DNA from: Clostridia bacterium
GTDB lineage: Bacteria > Bacillota > Clostridia > Christensenellales > Aristaeellaceae
Direction of reading: 5' to 3'
DNA: 64,000 nucleotides
Assembly: GCA_017430225.1 (NCBI GenBank)
Contig: JAFRNK010000026.1
Span: 11,956 to 75,955, forward strand
A model generated the notes under the pieces. The model saw only the letters and a list, made by a program, of their open reading frames with translations, made no database searches and was not told where the DNA came from. Both the position numbers and the translations under genes were made by a program. Shown in pieces: positions 1-9,108 of this stretch (positions are counted from its first letter, which is position 1; every line of letters begins with the position of its first letter).

Positions 1-174
1 GACGACCCGGTCATCAATATGAAACAGATCGAAAAGCTGGCTCCCGGTACGCCGGTCAATTTCCTGGCATGGGTAGACAACGGACATCGCTGGGCGCTCA
101 TCGAATATGTAAGATCTTCCGGTGAGACAATCCGCGCGTTTGTCAAAGGCAAAAACCTGGCCTGCATGCAATAA
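1..174 (+). CDS. 3' fragment of a CDS entering from upstream of the window (unknown product)
   Basis: Frame 1 is open from base 1 to TAA at 172-174 (...NFLAWVDNGHRWALIEYVRSSGETIRAFVKGKNLACMQ*). The beta-rich tail resembles the SH3b-like modules of other secreted proteins in this window. Confidence 0.4.
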   Translation, partial: DDPVINMKQIEKLAPGTPVNFLAWVDNGHRWALIEYVRSSGETIRAFVKGKNLACMQ

Positions 175-179
175 CCAGT

Positions 180-1775
180 ATGCTCCGAATCAACAACCTG
201 CGCCTCAGCCTGGACGGACAGGATCAGGAACTCCGCCGCCAGGCACTCAGAGCGTTAAAAGCCCGGCCTGAGGACATCACGTCCTGCAAACTGGCAAAAA
301 TCTCAGTGGACGCCCGCGATCAGCGGGACGTCCACTTTGTCGTCTCCGCCGACGTGACAGTCCGGGGCGACGAAGCGGCGATCATCAGCCGCCTGAAGCC
401 CGGGATCGTCATTCCCACCCCGGTCGATACCCCACTGACGCCTCCCGAAGCTTCAAAGCGGCCTCATTCCCCGGTGGTGGTCGGCCTCGGGCCTGCGGGC
501 CTCTTTGCCGCGCTGTACCTGGCACGGGCCGGCCTTGCCCCCGTCGTGATCGAGCGCGGCGACGATGTCGACCGGCGCGCTCAGTGCGTGCAGGCTTTCA
601 CGGAACACCGGATTCTCGACGAAGAAAGCAATATCCAGTACGGAGAAGGCGGCGCCGGCGCGTTTTCAGACGGCAAGCTGACCACCGGTATCAAAGACCC
701 GCTCTGCCGCACCGTCCTGTATGAGCTGGCTGCACACGGCGCGCCGGAGGACATCCTGAAGCTGCCACACCCGCATATCGGCACGGACCGGCTGCCCGCG
801 ACCGTTAGGGCTATCCGCGAAGAGATCACCGCCCTCGGCGGGCGCGTGTTGTTCAGGACGCGCCTGACCGGGCTCGTCCTCGAACAGGGCCGCCTGCGCG
901 GCGTCCGCGTCACCGACGGCAGCGGTGAAACCGTCATCCGCACTGACCAAGCACTGCTGGCCATTGGACACAGCGCGCGGGATACGCATGAAATCCTGAT
1001 CGGCGCAGATGTCAATGCAGGGCAGAAACCGTTCAGTGTCGGTTTCCGGATCGAACACCTGCAGCGGGAGATCGACCGCGCGCAGTACGGCAACTTTGCC
1101 GGGCACCCGCGCCTGCCAGCAGCGGAGTATAAACTGAGCACGCACCTGAAAGACGGTCGCGGCGTTTATACCTTCTGCATGTGCCCCGGAGGCGTCGTCG
1201 CACCGGCTGCCAGCGAGCGAGGGGCTGTCTGCGTGAACGGTATGAGCCCTTTCAAACGCGACGGCGTGAATGCCAACAGCGCGGTCCTGGTGGACGTACG
1301 CACCGAAGATTTTCCGGGACCCGGGCTGCTGGCCGGTTTTGATCTGCAGCGCAGGCTCGAACAGCGCGCTTATGATCTCGGAGGGCGGAACTATTCCGCG
1401 CCTGTCCAGCGGCTGGGCGACTTCCTGCGCGGCACTGCCTCCACCGGCTTCGGCGCAGTTCAGCCCACTTATCTGCCGGGTGTCACTCCCACAGACCTGA
1501 ATCACCTCCTGCCGGAGCCGTTTACTGCCGATCTCAAAGCAGGCCTCGCCATCTTCGGACAGCGCCTGAAAGGCTTTGATCATCCGGACGCTGTGCTGAC
1601 CGGCGTCGAGACGCGCTCCTCCTGCCCCATCCGGTATGCCAGGGACGAGAACTATATGTCCTCGCTGCCGGGATTATGGCTGGCCGGTGAAGGCGCGGGC
1701 TGCGCAGGCGGCATCATGTCCGCTGCGGTCGACGGCCTGCGCTGTGCGATCAAAATCGCGGAGGACGAAGCATAA
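180..1775 (+). CDS. FAD-dependent oxidoreductase (COG2509-type NAD(FAD)-utilizing dehydrogenase)
   Basis: 531-aa ORF with Rossmann motif VVVGLGPAGLFAALYLARAGL..VIERG and C-terminal GEGAGCAGGIMSAAVDG, typical of this family. Confidence 0.8.
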   Translation: MLRINNLRLSLDGQDQELRRQALRALKARPEDITSCKLAKISVDARDQRDVHFVVSADVTVRGDEAAIISRLKPGIVIPTPVDTPLTPPEASKRPHSPVVVGLGPAGLFAALYLARAGLAPVVIERGDDVDRRAQCVQAFTEHRILDEESNIQYGEGGAGAFSDGKLTTGIKDPLCRTVLYELAAHGAPEDILKLPHPHIGTDRLPATVRAIREEITALGGRVLFRTRLTGLVLEQGRLRGVRVTDGSGETVIRTDQALLAIGHSARDTHEILIGADVNAGQKPFSVGFRIEHLQREIDRAQYGNFAGHPRLPAAEYKLSTHLKDGRGVYTFCMCPGGVVAPAASERGAVCVNGMSPFKRDGVNANSAVLVDVRTEDFPGPGLLAGFDLQRRLEQRAYDLGGRNYSAPVQRLGDFLRGTASTGFGAVQPTYLPGVTPTDLNHLLPEPFTADLKAGLAIFGQRLKGFDHPDAVLTGVETRSSCPIRYARDENYMSSLPGLWLAGEGAGCAGGIMSAAVDGLRCAIKIAEDEA

Positions 1776-1861
1776 GTTTCAAAGCTTTTCACACCATGCA
1801 AGTGCACGGCGTCATACTGATCATAGACACTGTAGCAGTCCGATCGCCGAGTGCTGTTGAA

Positions 1862-1947
1862 TAAGAAACAAACAAAAAGACCCGATGACATTTGGAGACG
1901 CAAATTCGTATCGCGTCTGTGACCAAGACGGTCACTGTCATCGGGTC
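1862..1947 (-). terminator. intrinsic terminator of the aminotransferase gene (branched hairpin + T-run)
   Basis: 14-bp outer stem (GACCCGATGACA 1879-1890 / TGTCATCGGGTC 1936-1947, extended by 2 A-T pairs) encloses two small hairpins. Followed on the minus strand by TTTTTGTTTGTTTCTT. Confidence 0.7.
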
Positions 1948-1954
1948 TTATGCG

Positions 1955-2002
1955 GCTGTGGGAGGTCGGGCTTTCGACCTAGCCACGGCGCTTTTATTAT
2001 TT
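1955..2002 (+). terminator. intrinsic terminator of the FAD-oxidoreductase gene
   Basis: GCTGTGG (1955-1961) pairs with CCACGGC (1983-1989, one G-U). Inner hairpin AGGTCG/CGACCT. Followed by CTTTTATTATTT. Confidence 0.65.
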
Positions 2003-2020
2003 AGCCGAATGGAATAAGGA

Positions 2021-3463
2021 TCAGTATTCCGGTCTGAAGGTGAATTCTTCCTCTTCCATGCCGGTTTCTTCCAACATGGCCAAAAGCTCAGCCCTCGCCG
2101 CTTTCTTCGCTTCGGTGAGGATGCTCAGAAACTCATCGACTTCTTCTTCCGTATTATAGATTCCAAAGCTGACGCGGATCATACCGGGCGTTCCGCCATC
2201 TCCACAGTCGACAAATTCCTCCAGCGCGTCTTGCGGAACATTCATCAGGCGCCATACGTACGGATGCGCACAGAACGCGCCTCTGCGCGTCGCTGCGCCC
2301 ATCTCGGCCAGTTTCAGCGCAACCATATAAGAATTCGTATCGCTGAAATTGAAGGTGACGACGCCTACGCGATCGCTGATGTTATCAGCATCACCGTAGA
2401 TGATCACATTTTCCATCTGTTTAAGTCCGTCGATCAGGCGCCGGATCAGTACCTGTTCGTGCGCTTCGATCTTGTCGAAACCGACACCCTTCAGGGTTTT
2501 CATCGCCTCGCTCATGCCAATGACGCCGGGATAATTGGGAGATCCCGCTTCATAGGCCGCCGGCGCGTCCTTGTAGCGAACCCAGTCGTCTGCGACGATA
2601 TCCACCGTGCCGCCGCCATAAAACTTGGGCATATGGTCGTTCAATACCTGGGTCAGGCCTACGACCGCGCCGCCGCCATACGGGGAGTACATTTTGTGCG
2701 CCGAGAACACGAAATAGTCGATGTTTTCTTCAGGCGTATTCCCCATCATGGAAAACGCACGATGAGAAACGATCTGTGCGCCGTCCACGATGATCTGCGC
2801 GCCGTACTGATGCGCCAATTTCGCCACGCGGTGCACGTCCGTCACATAACCGGTCACATTGGAGGCCGCGGTGACGGCCACGTACTTGACCTTGTTTTCT
2901 TTCAGGCAGCGTTCGATTTCATCGTATATGATCCTGCCCTGTTCGTCCACTTCGGCATAAATCGTCTTGCAGCGCTCCCGCCATGCAAGATCGTTCGCGT
3001 GATGCTCCATGCGCGTGCAAAGGACCACATCGTCCGGACTGGTAATCAGGGCGGATGCCAGCTTGTTCAGCCCGTCCGTGGTATTATTCACGTAAAAGCA
3101 GGTATAAACATACTGCTCAGCGCCGACAAAAGCCAGTACCTCGTCCCGAATGTCAACGTACAGATCGGTGGAATGATTGGACTTCAGGGAAAAGCCGCGC
3201 CCGATAGAACCGTACATGAGCAGTTCCCGATCAACCCTTTCCATGACCGGCTTCAGTGCCGGGGTGGTAGCCGCATTATCGAAATTGATCAGCGGCCGTT
3301 TAGTACCGTCCGCCAGGGTGACCGGTTCGTCGATACCTACGACATACTCCCGGATATTGTCCAGAGTAATCGCTTTCACCGCTGCAGATTCTTCCGCCAT
3401 AGACACATGGAGGATTCCAAACAGCATCATGACTGTCATCAGGATACAAATGCACTTTTTCAT
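2021..3463 (-). CDS. class V aminotransferase / cysteine desulfurase-like PLP enzyme with signal-like N-terminus
   Basis: 480-aa ORF with PLP-lysine context FVFSAHKMYSPYGGG and class V layout. N-terminus MKKCICILMTVMMLFGILHVSMA is hydrophobic. GGGAG lies about 11 nt upstream of the ATG. Confidence 0.75.
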   Translation of the reverse strand: MKKCICILMTVMMLFGILHVSMAEESAAVKAITLDNIREYVVGIDEPVTLADGTKRPLINFDNAATTPALKPVMERVDRELLMYGSIGRGFSLKSNHSTDLYVDIRDEVLAFVGAEQYVYTCFYVNNTTDGLNKLASALITSPDDVVLCTRMEHHANDLAWRERCKTIYAEVDEQGRIIYDEIERCLKENKVKYVAVTAASNVTGYVTDVHRVAKLAHQYGAQIIVDGAQIVSHRAFSMMGNTPEENIDYFVFSAHKMYSPYGGGAVVGLTQVLNDHMPKFYGGGTVDIVADDWVRYKDAPAAYEAGSPNYPGVIGMSEAMKTLKGVGFDKIEAHEQVLIRRLIDGLKQMENVIIYGDADNISDRVGVVTFNFSDTNSYMVALKLAEMGAATRRGAFCAHPYVWRLMNVPQDALEEFVDCGDGGTPGMIRVSFGIYNTEEEVDEFLSILTEAKKAARAELLAMLEETGMEEEEFTFRPEY

Positions 3464-3492
3464 TATTCTTCCGCTCCCTTTGGCTTGATTCT

Positions 3493-3530
3493 ATAAAACA
3501 GCACGCTATCCGTTCAGGGACAGCGTGCCG
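3493..3530 (-). terminator. intrinsic terminator ending the S10-spc-alpha cluster after rplQ
   Basis: The minus strand reads CGGCACGCT..loop..AGCGTGCTG (9 bp, one G-U) followed by TTTTAT. Confidence 0.7.
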
Positions 3531-3547
3531 TTTTTAATTCAATTCAA

Positions 3548-4042
3548 TCACACCAGCTCAAGAATGACCATCTCAGCCGCGTCACCGCGACGGGGACCCA
3601 TCTTCACGATGCGGGTATAACCGCCGTTACGGCCGCGATATTTGGGGCCGTACTCACGGAAGAGCTTCTCGACCAGAGGATGACGGTTGTCCTTGGTACG
3701 TTCTTTGTACTCGGACTTGCTCTCGTCGTCCTTCTTGGCTTCCGGAATATCGTACAGATAGGACATCATGATACGACGGGCAGCCAGTTTGCTGGGAGCG
3801 TCGTTCGTGGTGGTCACTTTGACGATCTGCTTCTTATCGTTGGTCGTTTCCTTCTCGACTTCGACGCTCTTGTCGTACTCGCGGGCGGCCAGCGTGATCA
3901 TTTTTTCGGCGATGCTGCGAACTTCTTTCGCGCGGGATACGGTGGTCTCGATCCGACCGAACCACAAAAGCTGCGTGGTCAGTCCGCGGAGCATGGCTTT
4001 GCGCTGGCTCGCCGTGCGGCCCAGCTTGCGCTCAGTTGCCAT
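3548..4042 (-). CDS. rplQ: 50S ribosomal protein L17 (with internal insertions)
   Basis: [21 protein letters not shown]... and ...[25 protein letters not shown] are canonical L17 ends. Last gene of the alpha operon. Confidence 0.95.
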   Translation of the reverse strand: MATERKLGRTASQRKAMLRGLTTQLLWFGRIETTVSRAKEVRSIAEKMITLAAREYDKSVEVEKETTNDKKQIVKVTTTNDAPSKLAARRIMMSYLYDIPEAKKDDESKSEYKERTKDNRHPLVEKLFREYGPKYRGRNGGYTRIVKMGPRRGDAAEMVILELV

Positions 4043-4058
4043 AGTAGTTTCCTCCTCT

Positions 4059-5015
4059 TTACTCTTCTGTGGCGCGCAGGCTCAGGCCGAGACCTTCAAG
4101 CTTCTGCTCCACTTCTTCCAAACTCTTTTTGCCCAGGTTGCGGACTTTCATCATGTCCTCCTGGTTGCGCTGAACAAGCTCATTGACGGTATTGATCCCC
4201 GCGCGCTTCAGGCAGTTGTAAGCGCGGACGGAGAGATCCAGTTCCTCAATGGTCATCTCCAACAGACGTTCGACCTTGTTATCTTCAGGTTCAACGACCG
4301 TCGGCGGGATGATCTGGTCAGTCAGGCGGCAGAACAGCGAGAGCTGTTCGGTCAGGATCCGCGCAGCCGTGGAAATTGCTTCGTCAGGCTGGACGGTACC
4401 GTCCGTGGTGACCTCGAGCGTCAGGCGGTCATAGTCCGTGATCTGCCCGACACGCGTATCATCGACCGTGTAATTGACCTTGCGGATAGGCGTATAGATC
4501 GAATCGATCGGAATCACGCCGATGGGCGTCTGATTGTCCTTGTTCTTTTCAGCCTGGACATAGCCGCGGCCATGATCCATGGTGATGAACATATGCAGGT
4601 GAGCGCTTTCATCCAGAGTGGCGATGTGCAGGTCGGGATTCACGATCTCGACCTCGTCATCCACATGGATATCGCCCGCCGTGAACTCACACGGCCCCTT
4701 GACATCGATTTCGATCCGTTTTACTTCGTCAGAGAAGAGCTTGAGCGCCAGTTCCTTAAAGTTCAGGATAATTTCGGTAACATCTTCCTTCACGCCAGGA
4801 ATTGTGGAAAACTCATGCTGTACCCCGTCAATCTGTACGGAGGTCACAGCAGCGCCGGTCAGGGAGCTCAGCAGCACTCTGCGCAGCGCGTTGCCCAGCG
4901 TATGTCCGAAACCGCGCTCAAGCGGCTCGATGACAAAACGGCCGAACTGATTGTTGTCCAGAATCTCGGTGCATTCGATGTGGGCCTTTTCGATTTCTGC
5001 GAACACTGGTTCCAA
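4059..5015 (-). CDS. rpoA: DNA-directed RNA polymerase subunit alpha
   Basis: 318 aa with [28 protein letters not shown] and C-terminal domain [19 protein letters not shown]. Confidence 0.97.
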   Translation of the reverse strand: MEPVFAEIEKAHIECTEILDNNQFGRFVIEPLERGFGHTLGNALRRVLLSSLTGAAVTSVQIDGVQHEFSTIPGVKEDVTEIILNFKELALKLFSDEVKRIEIDVKGPCEFTAGDIHVDDEVEIVNPDLHIATLDESAHLHMFITMDHGRGYVQAEKNKDNQTPIGVIPIDSIYTPIRKVNYTVDDTRVGQITDYDRLTLEVTTDGTVQPDEAISTAARILTEQLSLFCRLTDQIIPPTVVEPEDNKVERLLEMTIEELDLSVRAYNCLKRAGINTVNELVQRNQEDMMKVRNLGKKSLEEVEQKLEGLGLSLRATEE

Positions 5016-5068
5016 CCCTCCCTATCAGGTAGCACCGCAAACAGCGGTAAAAAGCGGTAAGATGGACA

Positions 5069-5665
5069 TCAGCGGCTGTAGAATTCGACGATCATGTTTT
5101 CCTGCACTTCGTAATCGATATCGTCACGGGACGGCAGGGCAATCACTTTGCCGGTCAAATTCTGGGCGTCAAATGTCAGCCACTTGGGCGTAAGCACGGA
5201 AGTGCCTTCACGCAGAGACTTGAACATCTCAGATTCCTGAGAACGCTGACGCAGGGTGATGACGTCACCGACCTTAACCTGGTAGGACGGGATATCCACC
5301 TTGTTGCCGTTGACGCGGATGTGGCCGTGGCCGACAACCTGGCGCGCCATGCGGCGGGTCTTGGCGAGACCCAGACGGTACACTACGTTATCCAGACGCA
5401 GCTCCAGCAGAGACAGCATGTTCTCGCCGGTAACGCCCTTCATGTTGGAAGCTTTTTCAAAGTAATGATGGAACTGCTTTTCCAGTACGCCGTAGATGAA
5501 ACGCACCTTCTGCTTTTCCTTCAGCTGGGCACCGTATTCAGATACCTTCTTGCGGCGCTGGCCGTTGGGGTTCCTCTTGGATTTTTTATTCGCGTAGCCC
5601 ATAGCGGCCGGAGAAATATCCAGCGCACGGCATCTCCGGGCAATCGGCTGTTTATTGTTTGCCAT
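5069..5665 (-). CDS. rpsD: 30S ribosomal protein S4
   Basis: 198 aa with [24 protein letters not shown] and [23 protein letters not shown]. Confidence 0.97.
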   Translation of the reverse strand: MANNKQPIARRCRALDISPAAMGYANKKSKRNPNGQRRKKVSEYGAQLKEKQKVRFIYGVLEKQFHHYFEKASNMKGVTGENMLSLLELRLDNVVYRLGLAKTRRMARQVVGHGHIRVNGNKVDIPSYQVKVGDVITLRQRSQESEMFKSLREGTSVLTPKWLTFDAQNLTGKVIALPSRDDIDYEVQENMIVEFYSR

Positions 5666-5685
5666 TCGAATCCTCCTCCTTCAAA

Positions 5686-6087
5686 TCAGACGCGGCGGCG
5701 CTTCGGCGGACGGCAGCCGTTGTGCGGGATCGGGGTAACGTCCTTGATCATGGTGACCTCCAGACCGGCGGTCTGCAGCGCACGGATCGCGGCTTCACGG
5801 CCGGAACCGGGGCCTTTGACCAGCACGTCAACGTACTTGAGGCCATATTCGAGGGACGCCTTCGCAGCCGTCTCAGCTGCCATCTGCGCGGCGAAAGGAG
5901 TAGACTTCTTGTTGCCGCGGAAACCCATACCGCCCGCGCTGGCCCAGGACAGTGCTGCGCCGGTGGGATCGGTGATGGTAACGATCGTGTTATTGAAAGA
6001 AGACCTGATATGGGCAACACCGCGCTCTACGAGCTTCTTTTCACGGCGCTTGCGGGTCGTCTTCTTCAGCTTAGTTTTGGGTGCCAT
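5686..6087 (-). CDS. rpsK: 30S ribosomal protein S11
   Basis: 133 aa with [30 protein letters not shown]. Confidence 0.97.
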   Translation of the reverse strand: MAPKTKLKKTTRKRREKKLVERGVAHIRSSFNNTIVTITDPTGAALSWASAGGMGFRGNKKSTPFAAQMAAETAAKASLEYGLKYVDVLVKGPGSGREAAIRALQTAGLEVTMIKDVTPIPHNGCRPPKRRRV

Positions 6088-6160
6088 TTTTCTCCCTCCG
6101 TATTCCCTCTTTGGGGAATTTGCTTGAGAATGTCTGACGGACCGTCAGACCAGATTCATG

Positions 6161-6529
6161 TTACTTCTTCTTGTTGCCGACGGTGCGCTTCGGGCCCTTG
6201 CGCGTACGCGCATTGGTCTTGGAACGCTGGCCGCGTACCGGAAGATTCCGGCGATGACGAACGCCGCGGTAGGAGCCGATTTCGACCAGACGCTTGATGT
6301 TCAGGGACACCTCACGCCTGAGATCGCCTTCGACCTTCAGGTGATGCTCGATGTAGTCGCGCAGTTTGCTGATTTCGTTCTCCGAAAGATCCTTCACACG
6401 GATGTCAGGATTGATTTCCGTATCCGCAAGAATCTTTTTGGAGATGCTCGGGCCGATGCCGTAGATGTAAGTCAGACCGGCTTCGACGCGCTTGTCTCTG
6501 GGCAGATCAACGCCCGCAATACGTGCCAT
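6161..6529 (-). CDS. rpsM: 30S ribosomal protein S13
   Basis: 122 aa starting [26 protein letters not shown]. Confidence 0.97.
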   Translation of the reverse strand: MARIAGVDLPRDKRVEAGLTYIYGIGPSISKKILADTEINPDIRVKDLSENEISKLRDYIEHHLKVEGDLRREVSLNIKRLVEIGSYRGVRHRRNLPVRGQRSKTNARTRKGPKRTVGNKKK

Positions 6530-6750
6530 GGATAGGATACACCTCCATTAGTTTGGTTGCCTTCGCCGCTCTCTTCCGTCCCAATGATGCGCGTAGATCA
6601 CATCCGGAACAGCGGGGGCGAAATGCGCCTGCAATGCGTACCTTTCGGCCGGCAGGCTTTGTATATATGGTAAGCTCAAACGTGGTCTCATCGGCAGACA
6701 ACCCCTGCCTCCGAGCAGCCGCCCACGCCGCTGACCATGACGTAAGTGAT

Positions 6751-6849
6751 GAAATGCTGACTGAATCAGCATTTCTGCAGCGCGTCTTCCGGCGCGCAGC
6801 CTCCGCCGTCGGATTCCGGCGGCGGAGGCTGCGCTCCCAAAGGGAGCGC
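6751..6849 (-). other. three strong hairpins inside the unusually long (330 nt) rpmJ-rpsM spacer
   Basis: Perfect stems: GCGCTCCC/GGGAGCGC (6831-6849); 15 bp GCGCAGCCTCCGCCG/CGGCGGAGGCTGCGC (6794-6834); 10 bp GAAATGCTGA/TCAGCATTTC (6751-6775). None is followed by a T-run on the minus strand. Confidence 0.6.
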
Positions 6850-6859
6850 TATCAGATGC

Positions 6860-6973
6860 TCAGCCCTGGCGCTGCTTGTGCTTGGGGTTCTCGCAAATGA
6901 TCATGACGCGACCCTTGCGCTTAATCACCTTGCACTTTTCGCACATCGGCTTCACAGACGGACGTACTTTCAT
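6860..6973 (-). CDS. rpmJ: 50S ribosomal protein L36 (not in the ORF track, found by hand)
   Basis: Minus-strand ATG at 6973 through TGA at 6862-6860 translates to [42 protein letters not shown]-type RBS upstream. Sits between infA and rpsM as expected. Confidence 0.93.
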   Translation of the reverse strand: MKVRPSVKPMCEKCKVIKRKGRVMIICENPKHKQRQG

Positions 6974-7036
6974 GGGTATTCCTCCTTTGCGGGATATTCA
7001 TGCTCCTCCGGAACGCCCCGGATAAGCCTGACAGCG

Positions 7037-7258
7037 TCAGCTTTTGCTGCGCCAGGTAATCCTACCGCGGGACAGGTCGTAGGGCGAAAGCTCTACCGTG
7101 ACCTTGTCACCGGGATAGATGCGGATAAAGTTCATGCGCATTTTGCCGCTGATGTGGGCCATGATCCGGTGGCCGTTAGCCAACTCCACCTGGAACACGG
7201 CATTCGGCAGCGCATCGACCACCTTGCCATCCATTTCGATTACATCATCTTTGGACAA
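7037..7258 (-). CDS. infA: translation initiation factor IF-1
   Basis: 73 aa with [41 protein letters not shown]. Confidence 0.97.
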   Translation of the reverse strand: MSKDDVIEMDGKVVDALPNAVFQVELANGHRIMAHISGKMRMNFIRIYPGDKVTVELSPYDLSRGRITWRSKS

Positions 7259-7586
7259 ATGTACGACCCTCCTCGGAGACTATCGTTTCGTGAACCGGCC
7301 CTTTCGTCGCGTATGGCATCTGTTGCCGTACCATATCGAGCGCTTTTCGGACATCGCTGTCCTTGAGCAGACCTTTGTCTGCAAGCGCCGTCAGTTCGGG
7401 CAGCATTACAGGCAGGGAAGACAGGTGTAGACGCTTTTTCTTCTTCGGATGATCCAGCTTGCGAAGGTCGCCGTCGCAGATCATCACATAATCAGCGCCT
7501 AAAATATATAATACCACAAACACCCTGCCTTTGTCACGTCCTTTTTTTGAAAGAACGACACTTCCGCGAAAAATTTCTGCTTTCAC
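7245..7586 (-). CDS. KOW-domain RNA-binding protein (L14E/YbzG-like) between map and infA
   Basis: 113 aa with [19 protein letters not shown], a KOW-like motif. Position map-KOW-infA matches Firmicutes. Overlaps map by 4 nt and infA by 14 nt. Confidence 0.75.
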   Translation of the reverse strand: MKAEIFRGSVVLSKKGRDKGRVFVVLYILGADYVMICDGDLRKLDHPKKKKRLHLSSLPVMLPELTALADKGLLKDSDVRKALDMVRQQMPYATKGPVHETIVSEEGRTFVQR

Positions 7587-8362
7587 GCGCGTCCCCCCCT
7601 GGCACCGCCGTCAGGCAGGGTCAAAATTTCCGGGCAGCCATCCTTCCGGATGACCATCGTGTGCTCGTAATGCGCTGCAGGCGAATGATCGTTGGTAACG
7701 ACCGTCCAGCCGTTCGCCAGTTCGTGACATTGGTAGTGACCCCAGGTGATCATCGGCTCGATCGTCAGCGTCATTCCAGGACGGAGACGCTGGCCGCGAC
7801 CCGCGATGCCCGTATTCGGGACACTCGGGTCCTCGTGCATTTCTCTGCCGATACCGTGGCCGGTGTACTCACGCAGAACCCCGCAGTGACGGCTTTCCGC
7901 GTACATCTGGACCGCTGAGCTGATATCGCCGACCCGGTTTCCATTCAGTGCCCGCTTCCAGCCTTCCCAGAAGGCCTGTTCGGTCACTTCGATCAGGGTC
8001 CGCTTTTCATCGCTGATCTGACCGACCGGAACCGTCAGGCAGCTGTCAGCCTGCCATCCGTCCTTTACCAGGGTCAGGTCCATCGAAATGATCTGTCCTT
8101 CTTCCAGACGGATATCCGGCGAAGGAATGCCGTGGATGACTTCGTCGTCGACTGAGGTACAGATAGACTTCGGAAAGCCCATGTAACCCAGTTCTGACGG
8201 GATCGCACCGTTCTTGCGGATCATTTCATCCGCCATGCGGTTAATGTCTTCGGTCGTAATTCCGGGGCTGACATTGGAGGCCAGGTACTGCAGTACGTCG
8301 TACAGCAGATGTCCCGCGGAACGCATGTGTTCGATCTGGATGGGATTCTTGATAATGATCAT
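7583..8362 (-). CDS. map: type I methionine aminopeptidase
   Basis: Metal-ligand context GHGIGREMHEDPSVPN and LTIEPMIT. Start trimmed to the ATG at 8362 (MIIIKNPIQIEHMR), because the ORF-track start would overlap adk. Confidence 0.93.
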   Translation of the reverse strand: MIIIKNPIQIEHMRSAGHLLYDVLQYLASNVSPGITTEDINRMADEMIRKNGAIPSELGYMGFPKSICTSVDDEVIHGIPSPDIRLEEGQIISMDLTLVKDGWQADSCLTVPVGQISDEKRTLIEVTEQAFWEGWKRALNGNRVGDISSAVQMYAESRHCGVLREYTGHGIGREMHEDPSVPNTGIAGRGQRLRPGMTLTIEPMITWGHYQCHELANGWTVVTNDHSPAAHYEHTMVIRKDGCPEILTLPDGGARGGRA

Positions 8363-8372
8363 TACGCGCCTC

Positions 8373-8999
8373 TCAGCCGTTGACCGCCTCAAGAACCTTC
8401 GCAAAGTTCTGCTCGACGGTGCCTTCGCAGTTGACCGCCTTGAGGAGGCCGCGCTCCTTGTAGTAGCTGATCAGCGGAGCCGTCTGGTCCTGATAGACAC
8501 GCAGACGGTTGCGGATCGTCGCTTCGGAGTCGTCAGGACGCTGAACCAGCTTTTCGCCGTCGTTCTCACACACTTCGCCGTTTTTCAGGTGGGAGATGTG
8601 ATAGGTCGCGCCGCACTTCGGGCAGATCCGGCGGCCGGACAGCCGCTCGATGATGATGTCATCCGCGAGCTGCAGTTCGATCGCAACGTCGATCTTCGCG
8701 AACTTGGCAAGTTCATCAGCCTGATAAACAGTACGCGGGAAGCCGTCCAGCATATAGCCGTTCGCACAATCCGGTTCCTGAAGGCGCTCACGGACAATCG
8801 CAATCACTACGTCATCGGGCACGAGCGCGCCGGATTCGACGTAGCGCTTGGCTTCGAGACCGGTTTTGGTGCCTTCGCGCATCGCTTTGCGGAGGATTTC
8901 ACCGGTGGAGATCTGCGGAATGCCCAGTTCTTTGGCCAGGAGCTGCGCCTGGGTACCCTTGCCGGCACCCGGAGGGCCCAGGAAAATAATATTACTCAT
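8373..8999 (-). CDS. adk: adenylate kinase (zinc-lid type)
   Basis: MSNIIFLGPPGAGKGTQ P-loop; lid CPKCGATYH...C. Start set at the ATG at 8999, 7 nt after GGAGG. Confidence 0.95.
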   Translation of the reverse strand: MSNIIFLGPPGAGKGTQAQLLAKELGIPQISTGEILRKAMREGTKTGLEAKRYVESGALVPDDVVIAIVRERLQEPDCANGYMLDGFPRTVYQADELAKFAKIDVAIELQLADDIIIERLSGRRICPKCGATYHISHLKNGEVCENDGEKLVQRPDDSEATIRNRLRVYQDQTAPLISYYKERGLLKAVNCEGTVEQNFAKVLEAVNG

Positions 9000-9108
9000 A
9001 TTCGTACCTCCTGTTCGTGGAGAATGGGAGGAGGACAAAGTCCCCCTCCCAGAGATTTGTCAAAGGTTGCAGCCATGATCATTGGCGTGCGTCATGCCGT
9101 TTCAAAGA

